A DNA stretch of 64,000 nt from Dehalococcoidia bacterium (GCA_963668185.1 OY764162.1:2452754-2516753); one strand, 5' to 3'. Positions 9,157 to 17,507 are shown, numbered from the stretch's first letter. The notes: generated from the sequence alone by a model not told the origin. Made by a program: numbers and translations.

Positions 9157-11541
9157 ATGTGTCAAGTGACTAATGCCGACGCCGTGACACGATACGTAGG
9201 CGCGCCGCTGAAGGCGGTCGACGACCTGCGGAAGGTGGTCGGCACCGGGCAGTACGTGGACGACCTGAAGCTGCCTCGCACTGTGTACGCGGCCTTTGTA
9301 CGGAGCGAACATGCGCACGCCCGGATTCTGCGCATCGACAAGTCGGCGGCTGAGTCCGCGGACGGCGTGCTTGCGGTGAGGACGCACGACGACTTCGCGC
9401 ACGTTCCTCCCCTGCGAGTCGGTTCGATGGCTCCGAGCGCCACCCGCATTTGCACTCCGGCGTTGGCGAACGGCAAGGTCCGCATGGTGGGAGAAGTCGT
9501 GGCCGTTGTGGTCGCCGCCAGCCGTTATGCCGCGGAGGACGCCATGCGGCTTGTAAACGTGGAGTACGAGGCGCTTCCGAGCGTCCCGGATATCACGCAA
9601 GCGCAAAGCGAAGACGCTCCCCACGTTCATGAGGAACTGGGCGGCAACGTTGTCCTGAGGGAAAGCGATGGCGACACGGACGTGGGCGAGGCGCTTGCCG
9701 CTGCAGATGTCGTGGTGCGGGAGACGTTCAGGTCAGGCCGCTGCACGCACACGCCCATGGAGTGCCGCGGGATCGTCGCGGACTGGGACCGCGGGCGGCA
9801 GGCGCTCACGATTCGCGCGTCGATGCAGTTCGCGCACGCGGCGCGCAACCTGCTGGCGAAGGCTCTAGACCTGCCGGAGCACAAGGTCCGCGTTGTGCTG
9901 CCGGACGTGGGCGGCGCATTCGGGCAGAAGTGCTCGATCTATCCCGAGGACCTGTGCGTGAGCCTTCTTTCGATGGAGCTTGGACGGCCCGTGAAGTGGA
10001 CCGAGTCACGGTCCGAGAACCTCGCGGCCTCCTGTCATGCGAGGGACTACGAGGTAGAGCTTGAGGTCGGCGTGCGAAGCGACGGCGCGATCGTTGGTAT
10101 GCGCGCGAGGGTCACGAACGACATCGGCGCCTATGGCGTGTACCCGTGGCCGTTCGACATCTGGGCGCGGGGCCTGGCGTCGAGCCTGCCCGGCCCGTAC
10201 GAGGTGCCTAGGTTTCACTGGGAGATCCGTTGCGTGCTGACGAACAAGGCGCCGGGCAGTCCGTACCGCGCGCCGGGCGTTGCCGTCGGCTCGTGGGCAC
10301 GGGAGGCGATGATCGACCTGATCGCGCGGAGACTCGAGCTGGACCCCCTGGACGTGCGGCTCAAGAACATGGCAACCGAAGAAGAGCGAGAGCAGGGAGT
10401 TATCTCACCCACGGAGAGAACCCTCCTGGAGGCCATGAAGGTCGCAGACTACGACGGGTTTCGGAGGCGAAGCGGCGAGGCGCATGGAGGCGGCAAGCGG
10501 CTGGGAATCGGCATCGGGAGCTATAGCTGGGGGCAGCGTCGCTCCGCTAGGCGAAGCTCGGAGGCGTGGAGCGCGCCAAAGGCGGAAGGCGGCTTCAGCC
10601 TGGCCTCGGAACTCAGCGCGGGCCAGGAGGCCGCGACGGTACGAGTGTTGCCGAACGGCAGAGTCGAGGCGTTCGTGTCCGTATCGCCGCACGGACAGAA
10701 GCTGGAGACAACGCTGGCCCAGGTGTTGGCAGACGAACTGGGCATGCCGTTCGAGTCGATTCAAATCGTCCACGGAGACAGCAACCTGCCTGCCGAGGGC
10801 GCGGGCACCTGGGGCGACCGGAGTACGAAGCTGGGAGGTGGCGCGATCATCCTGGCCGGGCGGGACATGAAACAGAAAATCCTCGGTCTCGCGGCTCACA
10901 TGCTGGAGGCTCCGCAAGATGACCTTGACATCCATGACGGGCACGTCGTCAGCCGCACGGGGCCTAGCGAGAGATTGCCGGTGTCCGAGATCGCGTCCGC
11001 GGCGCACAGGGACCCGGAGCGGTTCCCGGACGGCCTCGAGGGCGGGTTGATCAGCACGAGGCGCTACCAGGACCCTGGGTGGGTCGGCGGATCCACGGGA
11101 ACGCACGTTGCCGCGGTGGAGGTGGACGTGGAAACGGGCGCTGTGTCTGTGCTCCGGTACGTGGCCGTGGAGGACTGCGGCCGGGTCATCAACCCCATGG
11201 TTGTGGAGGGGCAGGTCCACGGGTGCATCGCGCAGGCGCTGGGGGAGGTGCTGCTGGAGGAGCTCGTGTACGACGACGCGGCGCAACTGGTCACGGGCAC
11301 GTTGATGGACTATGCACTGCCAAGAGCCGACCAGTTGCCGGACATCGAGGTGCGTCTGATCGGAGAGCCGTCCGATGAGACGCTGGGCGGGTTCAAGTCG
11401 GCGGGCGAGGGCGCGTTCTGCGCGGCGGTGCCCGCGATTGCCAACGCGATCTCCGACGCGCTTTCGCCGTCAGGGGCGTCGATCAGCCGACTGCCGGTGA
11501 CGCCGGAAAGGTTGGTGAAGGCAGCGGGGGATAGCGGCTAG
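9157..11541 (+). CDS. xanthine dehydrogenase/CoxL-family molybdopterin-binding large subunit (orphan)
   Basis: 794 aa. The N-terminus (YVGAPLKAVDDLRKVVGTGQYVDDL) and overall layout are typical of the XDH/aldehyde oxidase/CoxL family. The active-site loop region reads GSPYRAPGV, not the form-I CODH motif AYXCSFR. No FAD (CoxM-like) or 2Fe-2S (CoxS-like) subunit gene is adjacent. Confidence 0.85.
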   Translation: MCQVTNADAVTRYVGAPLKAVDDLRKVVGTGQYVDDLKLPRTVYAAFVRSEHAHARILRIDKSAAESADGVLAVRTHDDFAHVPPLRVGSMAPSATRICTPALANGKVRMVGEVVAVVVAASRYAAEDAMRLVNVEYEALPSVPDITQAQSEDAPHVHEELGGNVVLRESDGDTDVGEALAAADVVVRETFRSGRCTHTPMECRGIVADWDRGRQALTIRASMQFAHAARNLLAKALDLPEHKVRVVLPDVGGAFGQKCSIYPEDLCVSLLSMELGRPVKWTESRSENLAASCHARDYEVELEVGVRSDGAIVGMRARVTNDIGAYGVYPWPFDIWARGLASSLPGPYEVPRFHWEIRCVLTNKAPGSPYRAPGVAVGSWAREAMIDLIARRLELDPLDVRLKNMATEEEREQGVISPTERTLLEAMKVADYDGFRRRSGEAHGGGKRLGIGIGSYSWGQRRSARRSSEAWSAPKAEGGFSLASELSAGQEAATVRVLPNGRVEAFVSVSPHGQKLETTLAQVLADELGMPFESIQIVHGDSNLPAEGAGTWGDRSTKLGGGAIILAGRDMKQKILGLAAHMLEAPQDDLDIHDGHVVSRTGPSERLPVSEIASAAHRDPERFPDGLEGGLISTRRYQDPGWVGGSTGTHVAAVEVDVETGAVSVLRYVAVEDCGRVINPMVVEGQVHGCIAQALGEVLLEELVYDDAAQLVTGTLMDYALPRADQLPDIEVRLIGEPSDETLGGFKSAGEGAFCAAVPAIANAISDALSPSGASISRLPVTPERLVKAAGDSG

Positions 11542-11585
11542 TGAATAGTGGAGAGCGAGGGGACGCCCCACTCCACCCCGCTTCT

Positions 11586-11612
11586 GGATACCGGCCTTCG
11601 CCGGTATGACGG
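11586..11612. repeat. REP-B variant (GGATACCGGCCTTCGCCGGTATGACGG)
   Basis: It has compensatory changes in both stem arms (ATACCGGC/GCCGGTAT) relative to REP-B. This suggests the hairpin is under selection. Confidence 0.8.
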
Positions 11613-11628
11613 CGGATGCGGGGCGCCT

Positions 11629-12642
11629 CTAGACGTCCGCTACTTTGACGACCTGCTTGCCGATGTTCTCGCCTTGCAGCATTCCCATGAAGGCCTGGGG
11701 CGTGTTCTCGATGCCCTCGACGACGTTCTCGCGGTAGGTTAGCCGGCCTTCCCTGATCCATGCCGCAAGCTGGTCGATGCCCTCCTGCCTGCGGTCTCCG
11801 AACTGGGTGACGAGGAAGCCCTCCACGCGCGCTCCCTTGCCGATCAACTGGCTCAGGAGACGCGGCCCCATCTCAGGCTCTTCCAGGTTGTACTGCGTGA
11901 TCTGGCCGCAGATCACCAGCCGGGCGAGTTCGTTCATCTCGTAGAACACGGCGTCGGTCAGCGGGCCGCCGACGTTGTCGAAGTAAACGTCGATGCCATC
12001 CGGGCACAGTTCCGTAAGCTTCTTCCGGTAGTCGGACACGTGCTTGTAGTTGAACGCCGCGTGGTAGCCGAGGTCGTTTACGGCGTGGGATACCTTCTCG
12101 TCGCTCCCGGCGGAGCCGACCACCCTGCAGCCCTTGATCCGGGCGATCTGGCCGACCACTGATCCCACGGCGCCGGCGGCCGTGGACACGAACACGGTCT
12201 CGCCTTCCTTCGGCTGTCCGATCTCCAGCAGGCCGAAGTACGCGGTAAGGCCGGGCATCCCCAGCACGCCGAGATAGGCGGAGAGCGGCGCGGCGGCCGG
12301 GTCCACCTTGTGCACGGAGGCGCCGCCGATCGCGCCGTACTCCTGCCAGCCTGTGTAGGCCACTACGTAATCGCCCTCGTCGATGCCGTCGTGCCTGGAC
12401 TCCACTACTTTGCCGACCGCACCGCTCTGAACGACCGCGCCGACGGGGTTCGGGTCCGCGTACGAGACCCTGTCAGCCATCCGGCCGCGCTGATACGGGT
12501 CCACGGACACGAAGGCGTTACGCACGAGCACCTGGCCTTCACGGGGTTCGGGAACCGGCGACTCCACGAGTTGAAAGTCGGACGGCGACGGAAAACCTAC
12601 GGGCCTGGACGCGAGGGTGATCTGTCTGTTCGTGTTTGTCAT
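11629..12642 (-). CDS. NADP-dependent oxidoreductase, medium-chain dehydrogenase/reductase family (YncB/PTGR-like)
   Basis: 337 aa with the nucleotide-binding segment AAGAVGSVVGQIARIKG and the family-typical C-terminus GKQVVKV. Confidence 0.85.
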   Translation of the reverse strand: MTNTNRQITLASRPVGFPSPSDFQLVESPVPEPREGQVLVRNAFVSVDPYQRGRMADRVSYADPNPVGAVVQSGAVGKVVESRHDGIDEGDYVVAYTGWQEYGAIGGASVHKVDPAAAPLSAYLGVLGMPGLTAYFGLLEIGQPKEGETVFVSTAAGAVGSVVGQIARIKGCRVVGSAGSDEKVSHAVNDLGYHAAFNYKHVSDYRKKLTELCPDGIDVYFDNVGGPLTDAVFYEMNELARLVICGQITQYNLEEPEMGPRLLSQLIGKGARVEGFLVTQFGDRRQEGIDQLAAWIREGRLTYRENVVEGIENTPQAFMGMLQGENIGKQVVKVADV

Positions 12643-12653
12643 CGTTCTGTCTG

Positions 12654-12721
12654 CCCCATCCTAACCTTCCCCAGCAGACTGGGGAAGGGACTTTAGAAAA
12701 CCCTAGTCTGTCGGGGAAGGG
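12654..12721. repeat. REP-A element plus a truncated second copy
   Basis: A full copy lies at 12654-12689 and a partial copy (CCCTAGTCTGTCGGGGAAGGG) at 12701-12721. They sit between the MDR oxidoreductase gene and tRNA-Pro. Confidence 0.8.
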
Positions 12722-12780
12722 ACTTTTAGAAAGGCCCGTTCGCCTGCAGGAGGCGGGCTTGTCGTAGAAACGAATGGACG

Positions 12781-12856
12781 TGGTCGGGATGGCCGGACTT
12801 GAACCGGCGGCCTCGTCGTCCCGAACGACGCGCGCTACCAACTGCGCCACACCCCG
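12781..12856 (-). tRNA. tRNA-Pro (anticodon CGG), CCA encoded
   Basis: The reverse complement is CGGGGTG-TG-GCGC-AGTTGGTA-GCGC-G-CGTCG-TTCGGGA-CGACG-AGGCC-GCCGG-TTCAAGT-CCGGC-CATCCCG-A-CCA. This folds by hand into a 76-nt cloverleaf: a 7-bp acceptor stem with one G-U pair, a TTCAAGT T-loop, and anticodon loop TT-CGG-GA. Confidence 0.9.
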
Positions 12857-12924
12857 ACTACACCCATTGTATGCGCAAGGGCGTCGGCGGTCTAGCCTGT
12901 GAAGCTGCTTAATGGGCGACAGGT

Positions 12925-12985
12925 CCCTTCGACAAGCTCAGGACGAACGGATTGTAGGGGCGGGCGCTTCGCGAAGCGCCCCTAC
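12925..12985. repeat. REP-C element followed by the REP-G hairpin (GTAGGGGCGGGCGCTTCGCGAAGCGCCCCTAC)
   Basis: REP-C lies at 12925-12950. The GC-rich palindrome lies at 12954-12985. Confidence 0.75.
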
Positions 12986-12996
12986 GCCTGAGGGGG

Positions 12997-14439
12997 TCAG
13001 GGCGGGTTTTCTGCCGGAGTGGCGGGTTCACCGTCGGCGGGTTCGGGCGGATGGATTCCCGCCTTCGCGGGAATGACGGATGGGTCAGTGCCGGGGACGG
13101 GTTCGTTGTCGTTGAGTTCGGGCGGATGGATTCCGGCCTTCGCCGGAATGACGGAAGTAGGTGCGGGAATGACTGATGGGTCATCGGCGGGTTCGGTGTG
13201 AGACGCGCCGGCCGACCCCATCTCGGCCTTCCCCAGCAGACTGGGGAAGGGGTCAGACGGGTCGGGTTCGCCGTCGGTGGGTTCGGGCGGATGGATTCCC
13301 GCCTTCGCGGGAATGACGGAAGTAGGCGCGGGAATGACGGATGGGTTGTTGGAGGACCCCATCCCGGCCTTCCCCAGCAGACTGGGGAAGGGGTCAGACG
13401 GGTCAGGTTCGGCGCCGGGGGCGTGCGGGTCGTCGGGGGGTTCGGCGCCGGGGTCGGATTCGCAGTCGCAGGAGGCGGTGCCGTGGCGGCACGCGATGCG
13501 GATGGGGCCGCGGCATGAGTCGCGGATGCGCCTGACCGCGTCTATGATTTCGCCGGCCGCTATGGACCTTTCGACGGCCGGCCGGGCGTGTTCGCTGAAG
13601 TAGTGCTCCTCTCCGTTGTGTATGATGATGCTGCCGCGTTTGCTGGGGTAAACGACTCTGGGGTCCGGGGGCGTCGGGCGCCTGCCGACGGCGTCCAGCA
13701 GGGCGTCTGTCGCTTTGGAGACGGCTCGATTGTCGAAGCCGGTGTCTCCGCTGTGGCCGTATGTGTTGGAGTACGGGGGTTCGTAGCCGGCGAGGATGTC
13801 CGGAGCCCCATCCCGGCCTTCCCCAGCAGACTGGGGAAGGGGTGAGAGTTCTGTGTCGGAAGGGAGAACCCCATCCCGGCCTTCCCCAGCAGACTGGGGA
13901 AGGGGGTTTAGTTCTGCGTCGGCGTAGGTGTCGTGGTGGAGGGGGCCGGGTGCGTCGTCGAAGCCTCGGCGTAGCAGTTCTTTGGCGGCGTCTATGCGGT
14001 GGTGTGGGCCGAAGCCGGGCATGAAGCCTAGCATGACGTCTATGAGGAATCGTATGGCTTGTCGTCCTCCGTCGGTCTCGGCGCGAATGAAGCGTGCGAG
14101 GTCTGGGTTGAGGCTGGTGGTGTCGAGGGTGTCTGTGGGAACCCCATCCCTGCCTTCCCCCTCGGGGGACTCGGGGCAGGCTCCGACAGATTGGGGAAGG
14201 GGTTTGATGGAGGCGAACTCTTTGGCTTCTTCGAAGCCGAGCTTGATGAGTTGGCGTGCGGCGTCTAGCCTGTGGTGGGGCTTGGCGTCGCGGATCTGGT
14301 CCTGCATGGCGGCGACTAGGAAACGGACGATGAGTCTGCCGTCGTGGGTTTCTTCTCGGACGATGCGTTGTATGGGTGATATGGTATGCGCTTCGGTATC
14401 CATAGGTTCTATGATAGCGGGCGCGTACTGGCGTGTCAA
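12997..14439 (-). CDS. hypothetical protein with a duplicated helical module; C-terminal third is translated REP-like repeats (possible ORF run-on or pseudogene)
   Basis: 480-aa ORF with C-ending codon bias. It carries two paralogous segments: ETHDGRLIVRFLVAAMQDQIRDAKPHHRLDAARQLIKLGFEE and ETDGGRQAIRFLIDVMLGFMPGFGPHHRIDAAKELLRRGFDD. At least ten intergenic-type repeat units (four full REP-A, one nested REP-A, three full REP-B and two REP-B half-sites) lie in-frame, giving PLPQSAGEGRDG, DPFPSLLGKAGMG and SVIPAKAGIHPPEP. The start is uncertain (14439, or MDTEAH at 14403). Confidence 0.4.
   Translation of the reverse strand: MTRQYAPAIIEPMDTEAHTISPIQRIVREETHDGRLIVRFLVAAMQDQIRDAKPHHRLDAARQLIKLGFEEAKEFASIKPLPQSVGACPESPEGEGRDGVPTDTLDTTSLNPDLARFIRAETDGGRQAIRFLIDVMLGFMPGFGPHHRIDAAKELLRRGFDDAPGPLHHDTYADAELNPLPQSAGEGRDGVLPSDTELSPLPQSAGEGRDGAPDILAGYEPPYSNTYGHSGDTGFDNRAVSKATDALLDAVGRRPTPPDPRVVYPSKRGSIIIHNGEEHYFSEHARPAVERSIAAGEIIDAVRRIRDSCRGPIRIACRHGTASCDCESDPGAEPPDDPHAPGAEPDPSDPFPSLLGKAGMGSSNNPSVIPAPTSVIPAKAGIHPPEPTDGEPDPSDPFPSLLGKAEMGSAGASHTEPADDPSVIPAPTSVIPAKAGIHPPELNDNEPVPGTDPSVIPAKAGIHPPEPADGEPATPAENPP
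13046..13393. repeat. array of REP-B, REP-B, REP-A, REP-B, REP-A inside ORF 12997-14439
   Basis: REP-B lies at 13046-13079, 13121-13154 and 13286-13319, the last two followed by half-sites (GCGGGAATGAC). REP-A lies at 13216-13252 and 13357-13393. Confidence 0.85.
13806..13906. repeat. two tandem REP-A elements inside ORF 12997-14439
   Basis: Copies at 13806-13842 and 13869-13906. They are translated as PLPQSAGEGRDG, a different frame from the copies at 13216 and 13357. Confidence 0.85.
14142..14212. repeat. REP-A element with a REP-D-like core nested in its loop
   Basis: The sequence is CCCCATCCCTGCCTTCCCC[CTCGGGGGACTCGGGGCAGGCTCCGACAGA]TTGGGGAAGGGG. The same nesting architecture occurs at 16750-16810. 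Confidence 0.75.
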
Positions 14440-14501
14440 GGGGGTGGGGGAGTGGATAGTGAATAGTGGTTAGTGGCTAGGGGGACGTGGCCCGCCCCTC
14501 T

Positions 14502-14903
14502 GGATTCCGGCTGGCCCCGGGTTCACGCTGTCGCGTGAATGCCGGAATGACGGCGGGGGCTGGCTTCCGTGGAGAGTATCGTGGTAGCTGGCGGGAGGCT
14601 GTAGGTTCCTCGGGGGACTCGGAACGACAGTGTGCGTGGGTTGGTTCATGGTTCGGTAGGTTCACCACGGACGGCGTTGGGGCGGATGGATTCCCGCCTG
14701 CGCGGGAATGACGGTTGGGGGTTGCTGCCGTGGAAGGAGGTTGGTGGCGAGCGGGGGGCTGTAGGTTCCTCGGGGGACTCGGAACGACAGTGTGCGGGGG
14801 TTGGTTGACGTGGAAGGAGGTTGGTGGCGAGAGGGAGTGCCCCGCGCCGCTGGGTTGCGGCTGGGCGCGGGTTCGCGCTGGCGCGTGGGTGCGGGAATTG
14901 CGG
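14502..14903. repeat. non-coding repeat array: nested REP-B, REP-D, REP-E, REP-B, REP-D, degenerate nested REP-B
   Basis: 14502-14553 reads GGATTCCGGC[29-nt insert]GCCGGAATGACGG. REP-D lies at 14601-14636, REP-E at 14650-14674, REP-B at 14681-14714 and REP-D at 14761-14796. A degenerate copy lies at 14862-14903. GTGGAAGGAGGTTGGTGGCGAG also occurs twice. Confidence 0.75.
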
Positions 14904-14932
14904 TTGTTCAACAGTTGAGAGCGGAATCCCTA

Positions 14933-14990
14933 GTCGGATGAATCGACCTGGCATCGCATATGTCGGATGAATCGACCTGGCATCGCATAT
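14933..14990. repeat. perfect 29-bp tandem duplication (GTCGGATGAATCGACCTGGCATCGCATAT x2)
   Basis: The units are 14933-14961 and 14962-14990. The second unit ends 1 nt before the ATG at 14992. Confidence 0.9.
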
Positions 14991-14991
14991 A

Positions 14992-15633
14992 ATGAAGCCA
15001 GTTTACGTTCGATTGCCGGAGGTTCCTGAGTTGACGATGCTTCTGCCGCCCTCGACGGACATGGCCCTGAAGGAGTGGGCCGTGGCCGTGAGGGCGATTT
15101 CACAGGGCGACCAGATACTGATACTTCGCAAGGGCGGCATCCATCGCGATGACAAGGACTTTCGCATCCTGCACCCCGAGTTCCTGCTGTTCCCGACGTT
15201 CGAGCACCAGGAGCATGACCTTGTGAAGCCCGCGTATCACTCGATGCTGGACGACACGCTGGACGAGGACGATATTCCGGGGCTGGTGACGCTGGAAACG
15301 TGGTGCGAGGTCACGGACGTCTTCGAGGTCAGGGACCAGGAGACCGTCGACGGCTTCGACGGGTTCCACCTGTGGACTGCCGAGTACGCGCAGAAGCGGC
15401 TGGGCTGGCGGCCCAAGTACCCGCTCACCGTGGCGCTGCTAAGGGCGTACACGCTGCAACAGCCGCAGGCCCTGCCGATTCTGGACGAGTACGGGGGGTG
15501 CAAGTCTTGGGTCGATTTGGGGCAGGATGTGCCGCTGGGGCACATGGACCCGGTGCTCACGGACGATGATTACGGGCAGCGCGTCGAGTCCATCCGGCAG
15601 GCTATGGCATCTCGGAACGGGGGCACGGGTTGA
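14992..15633 (+). CDS. DUF1802-like protein (tentative family call)
   Basis: 213 aa. ALKEWAVAVRAISQGDQILILRKGGIHRDDKDFRILHPEFLLFPTFEHQ matches my recollection of DUF1802. This was not verified by search. Confidence 0.55.
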   Translation: MKPVYVRLPEVPELTMLLPPSTDMALKEWAVAVRAISQGDQILILRKGGIHRDDKDFRILHPEFLLFPTFEHQEHDLVKPAYHSMLDDTLDEDDIPGLVTLETWCEVTDVFEVRDQETVDGFDGFHLWTAEYAQKRLGWRPKYPLTVALLRAYTLQQPQALPILDEYGGCKSWVDLGQDVPLGHMDPVLTDDDYGQRVESIRQAMASRNGGTG

Positions 15634-15661
15634 CCCGGCGCCCGCAGGAGGAAAATGGGTT

Positions 15662-16660
15662 GTGAAGTACAGGACGCTGGGTAACACAGACCTCAGCCTC
15701 TCGGAGGTAGGCTTCGGCGTATGGACCGTGGCGACCAACTGGTGGGGCAGGATAGACAACGATCTCCGCAGGCAGCTGCTTCGAGACGCCGTGGACCTTG
15801 GGATCAACTTCTTCGATACCGCGGACGCGTACAGCGACGGTTTCGGCGAGGAGATACTGGCCGAGGCGCTGGGCAGCCGACGGCAGGACATAGTAATCGG
15901 CACCAAGTTCGGCTACGACATCTACAACAAGATCGAGCGAGTGGGACACCGGGAAAGGGTCCAGAAGTTCGACCCTGAGTTTGTGCGGTTCGCCTGCGAG
16001 CAGAGCCTGCGAAGGCTGGACACCGACTACATCGACCTGTACCAGGTACACAATCCGAAGCTGGAGCACCTGGAAGAGGACGCGCTGTTCGAAACGCTGG
16101 ACCAGCTTGCCCGGGAAGGGAAGGTGCGCCACTGGGGAGTTGCCATAGGGCCGGACATCGGCTGGTACGAAGAGGGCGAGTTCTCAATGCGAGAGCGGAG
16201 CGCGCCCGCCGCGCAGATCATCTACAGCATCCTGGAACAGCAGCCTGCGCGGGACTTCTTCGAGGTGGCGCGCGAAACGGAGGCGGGCCTCCTGTCCCGC
16301 GTGCCCCACGCGTCCGGGTTGCTGGACGGTTCGTTCACGAAGGACACCGTGTTCGATCCGGAAGACCACCGCAGCCACCGCAAGGCCGAGTGGCTGGACC
16401 AGGGCCTCAAAAAGCTGGAGGCGATTTCGTTCCTGACCAAAGAGAGCGACGCGACAATCGGACAGACCGCATTGAAGTTCGTTCTGTCCGAGCCGCGGAT
16501 CGCCTCTGTGCTACCGAACATCACCAGCGCGGCGGAACTGAACGAGTTCGCGGGCGCGCCCGAAACGGCTGACATTCCCGACGGGCATCTGTCGGACCTG
16601 TACGAACTGTTCGACGCCGGTTTCGAACTGGAGCGGGCCGCTGAACCGGCTAGCGGCTAA
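15662..16660 (+). CDS. aldo/keto reductase
   Basis: The ORF track starts at 15527. I prefer GTG at 15662, 10 nt after AGGAGGA (15645-15651), giving VKYRTLGNTDLSLSEVGFGVWT...INFFDTADAYSDGFGEEILAEAL, a typical AKR N-terminus. Confidence 0.85.
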   Translation: MKYRTLGNTDLSLSEVGFGVWTVATNWWGRIDNDLRRQLLRDAVDLGINFFDTADAYSDGFGEEILAEALGSRRQDIVIGTKFGYDIYNKIERVGHRERVQKFDPEFVRFACEQSLRRLDTDYIDLYQVHNPKLEHLEEDALFETLDQLAREGKVRHWGVAIGPDIGWYEEGEFSMRERSAPAAQIIYSILEQQPARDFFEVARETEAGLLSRVPHASGLLDGSFTKDTVFDPEDHRSHRKAEWLDQGLKKLEAISFLTKESDATIGQTALKFVLSEPRIASVLPNITSAAELNEFAGAPETADIPDGHLSDLYELFDAGFELERAAEPASG

Positions 16661-16823
16661 GGGGGAGAACCCCATCCCAACCTTCCCCAGCAGACTGGGG
16701 AAGGGGTCAGAGGAGAGCGGCTGAACTGGCTAGCGGCTAAGGGGGAGAACCCCATCCCAATCCTTCGAGGGACTCAGGACAGGCTCTTCCCCAGCAGACT
16801 GGGGAAGGGGTCAGAGGAGAGCG
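16640..16823. repeat. tandem duplication (80 bp + 104 bp) spanning the AKR stop codon, with a nested insert in the second unit
   Basis: Unit 1 (16640-16719) contains the last 18 coding nt plus the TAA stop of the AKR gene and a REP-A element. Unit 2 (16720-16823) repeats it with about 24 extra nt (TCCTTCGAGGGACTCAGGACAGGCTC) inside the REP-A loop. Confidence 0.85.
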
Positions 16824-16911
16824 ACTACTTCCGCGCTTCGACCCTTCGACAGGCTCAGGGCGAACGGATTTCATCAGGTCGGCAGCTTTTTAGACACGCT
16901 CTAAGAGGGCG

Positions 16912-17427
16912 CTAAGCGGAGTCCGACGTCTCCTCTGAGTCCTCGTCTTGCGTGCTGGCACCGCCGGGGCCCTGGCCGATCCTTCGCAAGACGCGCTTCA
17001 TTTCGCCCTCCAGCAGGCGAAAGTCCCGCTGCGGTATCAGGTGGAGCGTTTCGAAGAACGCCAGGTACCAGCTTTCGGGGAACCATCGCTTGACGTACTC
17101 GAGCCGCGGGCCTAGCTGCAGGCCGTCCAGATAGCTGTCTTCCTGGAGCACGATGTCAGGCTCCAGCTTCAGGCGATAGGGGAACCGCTCTCCGCGAGGC
17201 ACCGGGGTCCATAGCTCCTTTTCGTCTTTGAAGCAGCGTGACTTGACGGTGGCGGTCGCGCTCCACTTTTTGAGATCGGAGATATAGTAGAGGAGCTTGT
17301 CGTCCGGCCTCATGCGCTCGGCGCGGCGCCGGTGCCGGCGTCGAAGGCCGTGCACCGTGAGGCCCAGGTCCCGTGATATACGGTAATTCTCGTGGGTCTG
17401 GACGACCATCCAGTAACTCTTGCCCAT
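16912..17427 (-). CDS. EVE/PUA-like domain protein (tentative)
   Basis: 171 aa. YWMVVQTHENYRIS...RMRPDDKLLYYISDLKKWSATATVKS...FPYRLKLEP resembles EVE-domain proteins and has an acidic C-terminal tail. Confidence 0.5.
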   Translation of the reverse strand: MGKSYWMVVQTHENYRISRDLGLTVHGLRRRHRRRAERMRPDDKLLYYISDLKKWSATATVKSRCFKDEKELWTPVPRGERFPYRLKLEPDIVLQEDSYLDGLQLGPRLEYVKRWFPESWYLAFFETLHLIPQRDFRLLEGEMKRVLRRIGQGPGGASTQDEDSEETSDSA

Positions 17428-17507
17428 GACAGCCGATCCTTCTGAAGATTGGAACTGAGTTCAATTCTAGCATGGGTCCCGAACTCCGCCGGCGCTCCGG
17501 GGCGGCT

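Noticed and set aside
9157-11541. Calling the molybdoenzyme a carbon monoxide dehydrogenase (CoxL)
   Set aside because: The form-I signature AYXCSFR is absent (the region reads GSPYRAPGV), and no coxM or coxS genes are adjacent. Only the family-level call is justified.
12860-14990. Dense short palindromic repeats that could be mistaken for a CRISPR array
   Set aside because: The repeats belong to several different families and have irregular spacing and mixed orientation. Some are nested. There is no uniform repeat-spacer periodicity, and no cas genes are present anywhere in the window.
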